From contig CACPAS010000003.1 in NCBI GenBank assembly GCA_902632055.1, positions 2,105 to 66,104 on the forward strand: a stretch of 64,000 nucleotides of DNA, in the 5' to 3' direction. Origin of the DNA: an uncultured OCS116 cluster bacterium. Its GTDB lineage: Bacteria > Pseudomonadota > Alphaproteobacteria > Rhizobiales > TMED25. The position numbers were made by a program, and so were the translations under genes. Numbering within the stretch: position 1 is the first letter of the stretch; every line of letters begins with the position of its first letter. This document shows positions 40,039 through 51,122 of the stretch, piece by piece. The notes under the pieces were generated by a model. That model made no database searches. It saw nothing but the letters and a program-made list of their open reading frames with translations, and had not been told where the DNA came from.

Positions 40039-41343
40039 CTATCGGTCTTCAATCTTTACAAAATCCTTTGAGGCATTACCCATATATAATTGTCTTGGCC
40101 TACCAATTCTTTGTTCGGAGTCTTCAATCATCTCATTCCATTGTGAAATCCAGCCCACTGTTCTCGCTAATGCAAATAATACAGTAAACATATCTTTTGG
40201 AAATCCAAGAGCTCTTAAAATAATTCCAGAATAGAAATCCACATTCGGATATAGCTTTTTTTCAACAAAGTAAGGGTCCTCAAGAGCGATTTTCTCAAGT
40301 TCCATTGCAACTTTTAGCAGGGGATCATCTTTGAGACCGAGGGCATCTAAAACCTCATGACAAGTTTTTTGCATGATCTTAGCTCTTGGATCATAGCTCT
40401 TATAAACCCTATGCCCAAAACCCATGAGCCTGAAAGGATCACTGGAGTCTTTAGCTTTTTTAATAAACTTTGAAATATTATCAGGTGTTTGGATTTCATC
40501 TAACATATTCAACGCAGCTTCATTTGCACCCCCATGAGCTGGTCCCCATAAAGAAGCTACGCCTGCTGCAATACAAGCAAATGGATTTGCGCCTGAGGAG
40601 CCAGCAAGTCGTACTGTTGATGTGGATGCATTTTGTTCATGGTCGGCATGAAGAATAAATACCTTATCTAAAGCGCTAGACAAAATTTCATTAACTGTAT
40701 AATCCTCTGGGGGTACGGAAAAACACATATGCATAAAATTACCAGCATAATCTAGGTCGTTTCTCGGGTAAACAAATGGTTGACCCAAAGTATATTTGTA
40801 GGCCATTGCGGCAATTGTGGGCATTTTTGCAATTAATCTTCGTGTCGCCACCATCCTTTGGTGTGAGTCATTGATATCAGTGGAGTCATGATAGAAGGCA
40901 GACAAGGCACCAATAACTCCGCAGGTTATAGCCATAGGGTGTGCGTCACGACGGAAACCTTGGTAAAATCTTGTCATTTGCTCATGAAGCATAGAATGAT
41001 AGGTAACAGCGTTATCAAAGTCTTCCTTTTCCTTTTTACTTGGAAGTTCACCATTTAACAGGAGATATGACACTTCAAGAAAGTCTGCATTTTCTACTAG
41101 TTCTTCAATTTTATATCCGCGGTATAAAAGTACACCGTTTTCACCATCCACATAGGTGATGGTAGAGGAACAATTTGCAGTTGAAGTAAATCCTGGGTCA
41201 TACGTAAAAACGTTTGCCTGTGCATATAATTTTGATATGTCGACCACTTCTGGTCCAATAGATGGTTTGTATATTGGTAAATCATATTTTGTACCATTTA
41301 TCTCAATGTGAGCGGTACCAGATTCATTTTTTTTAACTGCCAT
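40039..41343 (-). CDS. gltA: Citrate synthase (type II)
   Basis: 434 aa with motifs [19 protein letters not shown] and MGFGHRVYK. Confidence 0.95.
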   Translation of the reverse strand: MAVKKNESGTAHIEINGTKYDLPIYKPSIGPEVVDISKLYAQANVFTYDPGFTSTANCSSTITYVDGENGVLLYRGYKIEELVENADFLEVSYLLLNGELPSKKEKEDFDNAVTYHSMLHEQMTRFYQGFRRDAHPMAITCGVIGALSAFYHDSTDINDSHQRMVATRRLIAKMPTIAAMAYKYTLGQPFVYPRNDLDYAGNFMHMCFSVPPEDYTVNEILSSALDKVFILHADHEQNASTSTVRLAGSSGANPFACIAAGVASLWGPAHGGANEAALNMLDEIQTPDNISKFIKKAKDSSDPFRLMGFGHRVYKSYDPRAKIMQKTCHEVLDALGLKDDPLLKVAMELEKIALEDPYFVEKKLYPNVDFYSGIILRALGFPKDMFTVLFALARTVGWISQWNEMIEDSEQRIGRPRQLYMGNASKDFVKIEDR

Positions 41344-41413
41344 AATAACTTTCCGTTAATAATATGGTATACAGTGTTTATATATATAAAAACTAATATT
41401 TTCAAATAAAAAA

Positions 41414-42811
41414 TTATTTCGATAATTGCTCAGAAATACGGGTGAGAGTATCTTTTTTTCCAAGTGCATAGACAAGCTCATAAATTCCAGTTGGAACAAT
41501 ATACCCTGTTAGTACTATGCGAAGAGGTTTTGCAATATCAATTAATTTGATATCATTTTCATTTGTAAATTTTTCAAATAAGTTTGCTACATCGGTGATG
41601 CTCCAATTAGTTATGCGACTCAAATCCCTATGAAACAATCCTAATAATTCGATTTTTTCAGGGTTTAGGATTTCATTCATGGCGCCGCTTATGATAGGGG
41701 GGTGTTCTAGGAGCAAATATTCAATAAGTTCGATTAATTCATTTAATGTTTTCGCCTTCGTTTTTACATGTTCCAATATGAGCTTAATTTTCTCTCGTAT
41801 ACCCTCACTTATCTTGATTCCTTTAGACTCGGATATCATTTCAATTATTGCTTCCTCACTTTCAGCATTAAGGTAATAAGAATTTATGCTGAGTAATTTT
41901 TTATCATCTAATCTTGCTGGTGACTTGTGAATATTTTTGACATTGAAATATTTTATCATTTCATCTTTTGAAAAATATTCTTTGTCACCATAACTCCATC
42001 CAAGTCTTAAGAGGTAATTCAATATTGCTTTTGATAAAAATCCTGCAGACCTATAATCTGACACGGAGAGTGCTCCATCCCTCTTTGATAATTTAGCGCC
42101 ATCAGAAGAATGAATAAGCGGAATATGCCCATATTCAGGTATTTTCCAGTTCATTGCTTTAAAAATCTGGTATTGCCTTGCGGCGTTATTTAAGTGGTCG
42201 TCTCCTCTTATAATATTGGTGACACCCATATCATGATCATCAACTGCAGACGCAAGAAGATAAGTTGGGCTTTCATCACTTCGCAATATTATAAAATCAT
42301 CTAAATCTTCATTTTCAAACTGAACAGGACCCTGTACACTATCATTTATTAGAGTTGATCCATTAAGTGGTGTTTTTATTCTAATAACTGGCTTAATTTT
42401 GATATCTTCTTCCTTTGGCTCCTGATCACGCCATTTATTGTTGTAAAATGAGGATTTCTTCTTCTTTATTGCCTCTTCTCTCATCTCTAGCAATTCAACC
42501 TCAGTGCAGTAGCATTTATATGCTTTTCCTTCTTCTAGTAGCCTCAAAGCGATCTCTTTGTGTCTCTTAATGTTATTGCTCTGGTAAACAATCTCATTGT
42601 CCCAGTTTAGACCAAGCCAGCTAATTCCCTCGAGAATATTTTGAAGCGCTGCATCACTAGATCTTTTTTGATCTGTATCTTCGATACGCAAAATTAGCTT
42701 ACCATTGTGTTTTTTTGCAAACAGCCAATTGTATAGGAGGGTCCTACAGCCTCCAATATGCAGATTGCCTGTTGGCGAAGGCGCGAACCTAGTAACTACC
42801 TTTTCCTTCAT
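41414..42811 (-). CDS. gltX: Glutamyl-tRNA synthetase
   Basis: Class I motifs: HIGG (PSPTGNLHIGG) and KLSKR. Confidence 0.95.
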   Translation of the reverse strand: MKEKVVTRFAPSPTGNLHIGGCRTLLYNWLFAKKHNGKLILRIEDTDQKRSSDAALQNILEGISWLGLNWDNEIVYQSNNIKRHKEIALRLLEEGKAYKCYCTEVELLEMREEAIKKKKSSFYNNKWRDQEPKEEDIKIKPVIRIKTPLNGSTLINDSVQGPVQFENEDLDDFIILRSDESPTYLLASAVDDHDMGVTNIIRGDDHLNNAARQYQIFKAMNWKIPEYGHIPLIHSSDGAKLSKRDGALSVSDYRSAGFLSKAILNYLLRLGWSYGDKEYFSKDEMIKYFNVKNIHKSPARLDDKKLLSINSYYLNAESEEAIIEMISESKGIKISEGIREKIKLILEHVKTKAKTLNELIELIEYLLLEHPPIISGAMNEILNPEKIELLGLFHRDLSRITNWSITDVANLFEKFTNENDIKLIDIAKPLRIVLTGYIVPTGIYELVYALGKKDTLTRISEQLSK

Positions 42812-42839
42812 GATCCTTTTTCCACTTGGGTCAATTGAT

Positions 42840-43514
42840 TTAGTGATAATTTCGGATAAGATTTACAAGGCAACCTTGTATTTTAACTCTATCTGATGAA
42901 TATATTTTTGTCTCGTAACTTTTATTTGATGGCTCAAGCGCGATGCTATCACCTTTTTTTCTAAATCTTTTTAGGGTTGCCTCTTCACCGTCAATCAGTG
43001 CCACAATAATATCACCATTTTGTGCTGTCTGGCACTTTTTTACAATGACCGTATCACCATCAAATATTCCGGAGTCGATCATAGAATCACCCCTTATCTT
43101 AAGTGCATAATGTTCATGATTTCCGAGCATATCCTTGGGCAAATGTATATTATCTATCTTTTCTTGGATCGCTGAAATAGGTGAGCCCGCAGCAATATTG
43201 CCCATAATAGGTATTTCAATGAAGGTATCATTCATTATTTCATATTTATCCAATGGCACTGATGCAGCTTTGCTGTAATTTATATTATTTTCGATATTAT
43301 CAAATGGGTGTCTTAATATCTCTAATGCCCTTGCTCTATTTGGCAGTCTTCTAATGTACCCGCGTTCTTCGAGTGCGTTTATTAACCTGTGAATACCAGA
43401 CTTAGAATGTAGGTTTACGGCAACTTTCATTTCGTCATAAGAGGGAGAGATTCCACTTTCAGTGATGCGCTGGTGAATATATTTTAATAATTCAAATTGT
43501 TTCTCAGTAAGCAT
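42840..43514 (-). CDS. lexA: LexA repressor
   Basis: N-terminal winged HTH ([12 protein letters not shown]), cleavage region (GNIAAG), and S24 peptidase Ser (GDSM) and Lys (TLKR) motifs. Confidence 0.95.
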   Translation of the reverse strand: MLTEKQFELLKYIHQRITESGISPSYDEMKVAVNLHSKSGIHRLINALEERGYIRRLPNRARALEILRHPFDNIENNINYSKAASVPLDKYEIMNDTFIEIPIMGNIAAGSPISAIQEKIDNIHLPKDMLGNHEHYALKIRGDSMIDSGIFDGDTVIVKKCQTAQNGDIIVALIDGEEATLKRFRKKGDSIALEPSNKSYETKIYSSDRVKIQGCLVNLIRNYH

Positions 43515-43549
43515 ATTTTACTCCAATTGATTTGCACAAAACAAGAACA

Positions 43550-43578
43550 AATATACATGTTCTTTTTATGTTCTACAA
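43550..43578 (-). promoter_or_regulatory. lexA promoter with embedded LexA operator (autoregulation)
   Basis: The coding strand reads TTGTAG-AACATAAAAAGAACATG-TATATT. GAAC-ATAAAAA-GAAC (forward-strand GTTC-TTTTTAT-GTTC at 43559-43573) fills the 17-nt spacer. A further GTTC half-site lies at forward 43545-43548 (GAAC). Confidence 0.6.
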
Positions 43579-43601
43579 GAGGAAAGTTAATAAATCTATA
43601 A

Positions 43602-44789
43602 CTACAGGTCAATTTTCATGATTTTTACTAATTCACCAGCTTTTTTAGAAGGTGCATAGGGTTCTCTAATTATAAAGACATTAGATGAGTTGAGGGCGCT
43701 CAATGAGGAGGAGTCCTGCACTTTGTGTGGTGTGACATATCCATCTCTGTAAAGTCCACGCATGTAATCTTGCCTCTCATCATTTTTGCTTAAGTCGACT
43801 TTAAGCCGCGCTTCTTTTATATTTAGATTCTCCTCTTTAAAATTTATAAATTTATTTATCATTGGTTTTAAGAAAAGCTGACAGCAGACATGAGCAGATA
43901 CTGGATTACCGGGCAAGCCCAAGAAATGGGACTTTCCAAGGCGACCATAGATAAGAGGTTTTCCAGGTCTCATTGCGATTTTCCAGAATTTAAGCTTTAA
44001 TTCTTGTCTTACGCTATCCTTAACTAGGTCAAACTCACCTACGCTTGCCCCTCCAATAGTTAGGATAATATCGTGATTACCCGCTTTCTTTATTTTTTCA
44101 CGTAAGGATTTTATATCATCCTTGGCAATTCCAAGATCGTCTGCGGTAGCTCCAAGCTGTTCTATATATGCTTTTATCCCGAAGATATTTGCACTTATTA
44201 TTTTATTTTGGGCATTTCTTGATCCAGGTTTTACAAGCTCATTACCATTAGATATTATTGCTATTCTTGGTTTCTGATACACCGAGAGGCTTGTATGGTT
44301 CATGGAAGCCGCTAAAGACATATTCTTTGGAGTTAATTTTTCACCTTTTCTTATCAAAATATCATCAATTTTAAAATCAAATGCCTTCTTTCTTACATTT
44401 TCATTCTTTTGAGGTATTTTTTTTAAAATAAGATTATTGGCATACACCTTTGTATTTTCTTGTATGATTACAGTATCTGTTCCAGCAGGCATTGCGCTAC
44501 CTGTATATACTCTAACCGCTTCCCTTTTATCAACCCGTCTTTCAAAATTTACACCGGCTGGGCTCTTACCAATTACATTTAGAGTATGACCTGCTTTAAA
44601 AATACGATCATGTTTGAAAGCATATCCATCCATTGCTGATAGATCAAATGGAGGTGAGTTTCGTCGCGCAGATAGATTTTCAGCAATGACATAACCGTTT
44701 GCCGACTCAAGTGGAATATTTATTATCTTGTTTGATTTAATATCTTTCAGACAACTTGCAATTGCATTTTCAAGTTTTAATAATTTCAT
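43602..44789 (-). CDS. moeA: Molybdopterin molybdenumtransferase MoeA
   Basis: 395 aa with motifs SAMDGYA, TGSAMP and TIGGASVGEFD. Confidence 0.9.
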   Translation of the reverse strand: MKLLKLENAIASCLKDIKSNKIINIPLESANGYVIAENLSARRNSPPFDLSAMDGYAFKHDRIFKAGHTLNVIGKSPAGVNFERRVDKREAVRVYTGSAMPAGTDTVIIQENTKVYANNLILKKIPQKNENVRKKAFDFKIDDILIRKGEKLTPKNMSLAASMNHTSLSVYQKPRIAIISNGNELVKPGSRNAQNKIISANIFGIKAYIEQLGATADDLGIAKDDIKSLREKIKKAGNHDIILTIGGASVGEFDLVKDSVRQELKLKFWKIAMRPGKPLIYGRLGKSHFLGLPGNPVSAHVCCQLFLKPMINKFINFKEENLNIKEARLKVDLSKNDERQDYMRGLYRDGYVTPHKVQDSSSLSALNSSNVFIIREPYAPSKKAGELVKIMKIDL

Positions 44790-45271
44790 TTTCGTTTGTA
44801 TGATCCTGATTTTCCTCCGGATTTGAAATCTAGCCTAATATCAGAGATTGATGTACTTTTATCAATAGATTTAATCATATCATAAATTGTTAGGCATGCT
44901 ACAGAGCATGCTACCAAGGCTTCCATTTCTACTCCTGTTTTCTGGGTTGTTTGGCTCTCACAGATCACATTAATTGAATTCATCCTATCATCGGCCTCGA
45001 TGTCAACACTAATAAAATCAAGATTTATATTGTGGCAGAGCGGAATAAGTTCATGTGTTTTTTTTGATGCCATTATACCTGCAATTCGAGCAGTTGAGAA
45101 TATATCACCTTTCTCTATGTTGTCATTCTTGATGAGTTCTAAGACTTTTTTTGATACTTTCACGCTTCCTGATGCTATTGCAACTCTCTTACTGGCTTTC
45201 TTGGGAGATATGTCAACCATATTTGCTTCACCTGAATTATTAATGTGGGTAAATCTTTTCATATTAATCAA
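44786..45271 (-). CDS. moaC: Cyclic pyranopterin monophosphate synthase MoaC
   Basis: Motifs THIN..GEANMVDIS.K, ELIPLCH and VEMEAL. Overlaps trpC (8 nt) and moeA (4 nt). Confidence 0.9.
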   Translation of the reverse strand: MINMKRFTHINNSGEANMVDISPKKASKRVAIASGSVKVSKKVLELIKNDNIEKGDIFSTARIAGIMASKKTHELIPLCHNINLDFISVDIEADDRMNSINVICESQTTQKTGVEMEALVACSVACLTIYDMIKSIDKSTSISDIRLDFKSGGKSGSYKRK

Positions 45272-46055
45272 GGAGGTCCTTTATCGCGTTTGTCATGTTA
45301 TCCGATTTGATAATACTTTCACCAACTAAAAAGGCATTTACCTTTTTCTTGGATAACATTTTTATCTGATTATTATTATAAATTCCACTTTCAGAGATAA
45401 AAATGACATCATTATTAAACTTAGTTGCTAAATTGACGGTAGTATTGATATCTGTTTTGAATGTATGCAAATTTCTGTTATTTATACCTATGATTTTTGC
45501 TTTCATGCGAAGAGCTCGTTCAAATTCAGCATCATTATGCACTTCAAATATACTATCTAACTCAATTTCTTGGGCTGTTTGATAAAGTTCATGGGCCTGA
45601 GAGTCACTCAGCATGGATAGAATAATCAATATACAGTCTCCACCTAGGTATTTTGTTTCGTAAACTTGATATGGGTCAATAAAAAAGTCTTTTCTGAGAA
45701 GGGGAAGTGGTGAGCTTTTACGCGTAATAGTGAGATGCTCATTTGAGCCCATAAATGATGGTCCGTCTGTTAGTACCGATATACAAGTAGCTCCTGCTGC
45801 TGAGTATTCCATTGCTATTTTGGCAACATCAAACGTTTTTTTTAAAACTCCTTTTGAAGGACTAGCTTTTTTTATTTCACATATTAAAGATATTTTGCCT
45901 GCAGAGATATTATCTCTGATTGACCCTGAGAATGATCTCACTATTCCCGAGCTCTGGCCGGCATATTTAATCATGTCATTAATCGAAATAGAATTATAGC
46001 TATCTCTTACTTCAATCTTTTTATATTCATAAATTTTATCAAGTATTGAGGTCAT
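45264..46055 (-). CDS. trpC: Indole-3-glycerol phosphate synthase
   Basis: Motifs EIKKASPSKG, ISVLTD..F.GS, LRKDF and NNRNL.TF. Confidence 0.9.
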   Translation of the reverse strand: MTSILDKIYEYKKIEVRDSYNSISINDMIKYAGQSSGIVRSFSGSIRDNISAGKISLICEIKKASPSKGVLKKTFDVAKIAMEYSAAGATCISVLTDGPSFMGSNEHLTITRKSSPLPLLRKDFFIDPYQVYETKYLGGDCILIILSMLSDSQAHELYQTAQEIELDSIFEVHNDAEFERALRMKAKIIGINNRNLHTFKTDINTTVNLATKFNNDVIFISESGIYNNNQIKMLSKKKVNAFLVGESIIKSDNMTNAIKDLLD

Positions 46056-47074
46056 TATTCTAGCTTTTTTGATACTTTAATAAGATTTTCAAGAGTTTGG
46101 AGTGCTTTACCGCTATCTATTGACTCTTTTGAGATTGAAATTGCATCTTCAATATTATTGGAAAAGCCACACATTGTTAATGCAGCTGCAGAATTTAAGG
46201 TAATAATTTCTCTATATGGATTTTTTTCTCCTTTGAATACTTTTATCAATTCATTTGCATTATAATTAGCATCCCCACCCACAATTTCTGATATTTTTGC
46301 TGGTTTAATATCAATGTCATTAATTTCTAAAATTTCCTCAGAAATTCGATCATTATCTAATTTATAAATAAATGTTTTATCTGATATCGATATTTCGTCA
46401 AGGCCGTCATTACTGTGGACTAACCAAGCTGACTCCGAGCCAAGACTTTTCAAAACCTCAATCATTGGATGCAATAAGGTCCTGTCATATGTACCTATGA
46501 GATGCTTTTTCACATTCCCGGGGTTACACAGAGGACCAAGTATATTAAAAATAGTACGTGTTTTGAGTTCTGCTCTAACTTTTGCAACATGTTTAAAGCT
46601 GCCATGAAACAGTGGGGCAAATAAAAAACAAATATTTGTCTCGTTTAAGCATTCCACACAGGAATTTGGTTTTAAGTTTATATTTATCCCAAGTGCGCTT
46701 AATACATCAGATGATCCCGATAGAGACGAAACTGACCTGTTACCATGCTTTGCAACTTTAATACCATTAGATGCAGCCAATAGCGCAGTTGCTGTCGAGA
46801 TATTTAATGTTTTGTATCCATCACCACCAGTTCCAACTATATCAATTGTATCATCTGGGACCTTTACAGTGATCATTTTTTCCCTAATTGCACGCACAGC
46901 ACCGATAATTTCATTTATTGACTCCCCCTTTTCCTTAAGGCTAATAAGGAAGTTGGAAATATCACTATCAACACAATTACCTGACATGATACTCATAAAG
47001 GCATTATAGCTTTCTAGAATTGATAAGCCTTCTTTATCATTTATCTTTTCAATATAATCAATAATTTGTGACAT
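46055..47074 (-). CDS. trpD: Anthranilate phosphoribosyltransferase
   Basis: Motifs DIVGTGGDG, KHGNRSVSS.SGS.D and NILGPL.NP. Confidence 0.95.
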   Translation of the reverse strand: MSQIIDYIEKINDKEGLSILESYNAFMSIMSGNCVDSDISNFLISLKEKGESINEIIGAVRAIREKMITVKVPDDTIDIVGTGGDGYKTLNISTATALLAASNGIKVAKHGNRSVSSLSGSSDVLSALGININLKPNSCVECLNETNICFLFAPLFHGSFKHVAKVRAELKTRTIFNILGPLCNPGNVKKHLIGTYDRTLLHPMIEVLKSLGSESAWLVHSNDGLDEISISDKTFIYKLDNDRISEEILEINDIDIKPAKISEIVGGDANYNANELIKVFKGEKNPYREIITLNSAAALTMCGFSNNIEDAISISKESIDSGKALQTLENLIKVSKKLE

Positions 47075-47088
47075 TTAATTAATTCTCT

Positions 47089-47652
47089 TTATAAGATTAT
47101 AAAGTTTCTCAATATATCAATACCATGCTCTGTTGCAATACTTTCTGGATGGAACTGTATACCATATGTGGGATATTCCCTATGAGAAACGGCCATGATA
47201 TAATTATCATCCTTAGAGCGAGCAGTTATGGATAATACAGGGCTCAATTTTTTTTCATTAATAATAAGAGAATGATATCTGGTTGCAGAGAATTTGTTTG
47301 GAATATCGTTAAAAATGGGGCTCCCGCTATGTGTAACTATTGAGGTTTTTCCATGCATTAAGTTATCGGCTTTAATTATTTCCGAACCAAATGCTTGTCC
47401 AATTGATTGGTGCCCTAGGCAAATTCCTAGGATTGGTATTTTTTTCGAAAAAGATTTAACAATATCAACAGAAACTCCAGCTTCACGAGGCGTGCAAGGT
47501 CCAGGAGATATTATTATGTGGCTCGTATTACTTGGTACCTCATCAATGGATATTTGATCATTTCGTACCACCGATGATTTTTTACCCAAGATGCCAATAT
47601 ACTGAACAATATTAAATGTAAAGCTATCATAATTATCAATGATTAGTATCAT
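47089..47652 (-). CDS. trpG: Anthranilate synthase component II (glutamine amidotransferase; may also serve as PabA)
   Basis: Motifs IDNYDSFT, GICLGHQ and QFHPES (class I GATase triad). Confidence 0.9.
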   Translation of the reverse strand: MILIIDNYDSFTFNIVQYIGILGKKSSVVRNDQISIDEVPSNTSHIIISPGPCTPREAGVSVDIVKSFSKKIPILGICLGHQSIGQAFGSEIIKADNLMHGKTSIVTHSGSPIFNDIPNKFSATRYHSLIINEKKLSPVLSITARSKDDNYIMAVSHREYPTYGIQFHPESIATEHGIDILRNFIIL

Positions 47653-49127
47653 TTATCTACTCTGCTGTTATTGATATCAATAGCGTCTTGAGCTGCCTTG
47701 AACAGTGCTGAAGCCTTTGAAACACATTCTTGATGTTCACTCTCTGGGTTGGAGTCAGCCACAATCCCAGCACCAGCCTGAACATACATTGACTTATCCT
47801 TAATTATTGCGGTTCTCAATGTTATACAGGTATCCATATCTCCCCTTGCCGAAAAATAACCAACGCATCCAGCATATATGGACCTGCGTTCTTTCTCTAA
47901 CTCTTCTATTATTTGCATTGCTCTGATTTTAGGTGCTCCCGATACTGTTCCAGCAGGAAATCCAGCTTTGAGAACATCGATCATATTAAATTTTTTATCA
48001 AGTTGCCCGATCACATTTGATACTATATGCATAACATGGCTGTATAACTCTACAAAGAATTTATCGGTAACCTTGACGCTTCCAAGTTGGGATACCTTGC
48101 CTACGTCATTTCTTCCCAAATCCAGTAACATTAAATGCTCAGCAAGCTCTTTTGGATCGGTGAGTAAAGAGTCCTTGTTACTATCATCCTCTGCCAGATC
48201 TTTACCTCTCGGGCGGGTACCTGCGATCGGTCTTACTGTTATCTCTTCACCAAAAAGCCTGACAAGTATTTCTGGGCTTGACCCAATAACAGCAAAGTCA
48301 TCAAAGTTTAAGTAAAAAAGAAAAGGTGATGGATTAATTCTGCGCAATGATCGATATAATTCAAATGGTGGTAATTCAAAATTTGATTTAAAACGTTGAC
48401 TCAGCACAACTTGAAAGATATCCCCCTCATAAATGTAATCTTTGGCACTTTTCACCATCTTGAGATAGTCATCTTTTGTGGTATTTGATTTTATTTCAAT
48501 TTTCTTTTGTTTCGTTGGTATATACTTTTCATTTAGGGGCTCTTTAAGTAAATCGAGGACAAAATCTATTGAAGCGTTAGCTTCATCTAGCGCATCTTGG
48601 TATTTTTGATTTGAGTTATACCTCAAGGAATAAACAATTGATAACTCATCCTTAAGATTATCAAATACAATAGTCAGAGATGGCCTAATAAGAAGAGAGT
48701 CAGGAAAGTCTCCATTAGATTTATCTAATTCTTTTATATCCTCAATTAATCTTACATTATCATAACCAATATAACCAAAAACACCTGCAGACATTCTTGG
48801 CAGATGGGATGGAAGATCTATATAAGAGCAATCAATTAGGCTATTTAATGATTTAAAAGTTTCTAGCGTTTCTTCTTCAAACCCAGATGTTGATTTTGAT
48901 TTTATGTATGCTCGATTACCCTCAGACTTCCACCAAAGATCAGGCCTCATTCCAACGATTGAATATCTGCCCCTTTGTGTGCCACCCTCAACAGACTCGA
49001 GAAGAAAGCAATTTGAATGGTCTTGAAGGCGCATTAAAATTGAAACAGGCGTATAGGTATCTGAGACGATTGTTTTCCAGATTACTTGATCAATTTTTTC
49101 ATTGTAAAGTTTTTCAGATTTATCCAT
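47649..49127 (-). CDS. trpE: Anthranilate synthase component I
   Basis: 492 aa with the N-terminal LESVEGG motif and a chorismate-binding C-terminus (GAPKIRAM, GGAVGYF-like CVGYF, GAGIVADS). Confidence 0.95.
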   Translation of the reverse strand: MDKSEKLYNEKIDQVIWKTIVSDTYTPVSILMRLQDHSNCFLLESVEGGTQRGRYSIVGMRPDLWWKSEGNRAYIKSKSTSGFEEETLETFKSLNSLIDCSYIDLPSHLPRMSAGVFGYIGYDNVRLIEDIKELDKSNGDFPDSLLIRPSLTIVFDNLKDELSIVYSLRYNSNQKYQDALDEANASIDFVLDLLKEPLNEKYIPTKQKKIEIKSNTTKDDYLKMVKSAKDYIYEGDIFQVVLSQRFKSNFELPPFELYRSLRRINPSPFLFYLNFDDFAVIGSSPEILVRLFGEEITVRPIAGTRPRGKDLAEDDSNKDSLLTDPKELAEHLMLLDLGRNDVGKVSQLGSVKVTDKFFVELYSHVMHIVSNVIGQLDKKFNMIDVLKAGFPAGTVSGAPKIRAMQIIEELEKERRSIYAGCVGYFSARGDMDTCITLRTAIIKDKSMYVQAGAGIVADSNPESEHQECVSKASALFKAAQDAIDINNSRVDK

Positions 49128-49132
49128 TTAGA

Positions 49133-51001
49133 CTACTGGCTCTGAGTATTAAATAATCTATTAATGTTATCTTGGTATAAATTAACGGAATAATCATCCT
49201 CAAGCGATACTAAATATTGTTCAAATAGATCACTTCTTATTTGTAAGTCGAGATTATTTATGAAGTCTTTATCTCTCTCCGGCTCTGTTTGTAGACTCGG
49301 AAGTATTTCTACCACCTTTCCCACAAGTATATCATCTTCTGATTTCCCTATTATTACTTCATTAATATCCGCACTCAGGATTCTATCATTAAAGTCTTCG
49401 CTAAATTCTCTTATCGGAGAAAGCCGACTGAAGGGTTCCGATCTTTTTATTTCAATTTGATAAGAATCAATTAGCTCTTGAATTTGATTATTTTTAAATC
49501 CAATTTCCAGTTTATTTATTATTTCGCTCTCTTGGTCATTTCTCCTTTTATTGATCATATCTGAACTAACAAGATTTCTAACCTCAGCAAATGATTTTAT
49601 GTATGGCGGATTTACTGATTTTAAGTCAGTCCATATATATCCATTCTTCGTGTCATGAACTTCAATAAAATCTCCGATCTCCGAATTAAATATTTTTTGT
49701 ATGAGCTCTTGGTGATTAATATTCTCCACTTCATCATCCTGAATATTTTTTCCGTTTATATCAATTTTCTCAAAATATTGGAGCTCAATTTGATTAATTT
49801 CAGATACTTCTTCAATGGAACTTCCATTTAAAAGGCTATCTTCAATTTCAAAATATAGTGTTTCCACCAGGTCTATTGCCTCTTGTGTTTGAATTTCATC
49901 TCGTATCTCCTCAGCCACTTCATTAACCGTAGGGACCTTAGCTGGATTTATTTTTTGAAGGTATAAAACTGAAACACCAAGCATCCCATCAATTGGCTTA
50001 CCAAATTCACCTGTAGCCAAATTAAAGGCAGCATCAGCAACCTCAAAATCTAATATCTCATCTTTACTGACTGAGCCAAGATAACTCTCTTCTTTACTAT
50101 GCAAATATTTTTTTAAAAGGTTATTAAATTCAAGCTGCGATGAGTCAGTGAAAAAATTGTCTGCTGTTGCTTTATCATTAAAAAAGAATTGATATAACTC
50201 TCTCTTTTCTGAGTTCGAAAAACTATCTAAATTAGCATTGTAATATTCATTTATCTGTGATTGCATTACCTGAATATTTGTTTTGATATTTTCCGGCTCC
50301 AGTATTAACGCAGTAAAATCTCTCGTCTCAGATTTTCTGTATCCATTTTTAAACTTTTCATAAAATTCAAGAAGCTCTCTTTCGGAGGGTGTTTTGACAA
50401 CAATCTTCGATTTTGCAAGGTTCATATACTCTATGACTCTCTCTGTTTTGTTATACTTATCAACCATCTCAATAAGCGTATTGGGTATGTAAGTCCTATT
50501 ACCGATTACGTTATATAATTGGTTCTGCTTATTTACGTTAATTTCACTTTGCACATACGTTTCGTCATTATATCCTGCGTAAGAGAGAAGTTGTTCATAT
50601 CTTGCCTTATTGAATCGTCCGTCAATTTTGAAGTTATCGTCATTAATTATCTGTTCTGCAATGAATTCTTCAGGAATATCTATTCCGAGTTTATTAATCT
50701 CAATTTGAAGGACCATCTTTCTAATTAGATTTTCAATTGCAATTTCATCAATGCCAAGTTCAAGCGATTCCTTTAATGAGATTTGTTTCTCGAGTTGTGA
50801 GCTTATTATTGATAATTGATTATTATATTCTGTTACTAATTGATCAAGGCTTACTTCATAATCATCAATCTCAATGGCAACAGTTTTTTTAAAATTGCCA
50901 AAAATATCTTGGATACCCCAAACCGCAAAACTTAGTATTAGTATACCAATCAGAATTTTAACAAATGGTCCAGTAACAGATTTTCTTAGAGTATCCAGCA
51001 T
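49133..51001 (-). CDS. ppiD: Periplasmic chaperone PpiD-like (SurA N-terminal domain protein with a degenerate parvulin region)
   Basis: N-terminal single-TM anchor (FVKILIGILILSFAVWG), 622 aa, and the conserved position upstream of trpE in alphaproteobacteria. Confidence 0.7.
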   Translation of the reverse strand: MLDTLRKSVTGPFVKILIGILILSFAVWGIQDIFGNFKKTVAIEIDDYEVSLDQLVTEYNNQLSIISSQLEKQISLKESLELGIDEIAIENLIRKMVLQIEINKLGIDIPEEFIAEQIINDDNFKIDGRFNKARYEQLLSYAGYNDETYVQSEINVNKQNQLYNVIGNRTYIPNTLIEMVDKYNKTERVIEYMNLAKSKIVVKTPSERELLEFYEKFKNGYRKSETRDFTALILEPENIKTNIQVMQSQINEYYNANLDSFSNSEKRELYQFFFNDKATADNFFTDSSQLEFNNLLKKYLHSKEESYLGSVSKDEILDFEVADAAFNLATGEFGKPIDGMLGVSVLYLQKINPAKVPTVNEVAEEIRDEIQTQEAIDLVETLYFEIEDSLLNGSSIEEVSEINQIELQYFEKIDINGKNIQDDEVENINHQELIQKIFNSEIGDFIEVHDTKNGYIWTDLKSVNPPYIKSFAEVRNLVSSDMINKRRNDQESEIINKLEIGFKNNQIQELIDSYQIEIKRSEPFSRLSPIREFSEDFNDRILSADINEVIIGKSEDDILVGKVVEILPSLQTEPERDKDFINNLDLQIRSDLFEQYLVSLEDDYSVNLYQDNINRLFNTQSQ

Positions 51002-51122
51002 TTTATTATACTAACATAAATTCCATGTTTGTTCATGTCGCTAATATAAGGTAATATAATAATTAATTCTATTATTTTATTGAGAGACGGATTTAGTCAA
51101 TTTTTTTTAAAGGCGTGAATAA

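Noticed and set aside
49128-49132. A trp attenuator or leader peptide upstream of trpE.
   Set aside because: Only 5 nt separate the ppiD stop from the trpE start, which leaves no room for a leader.
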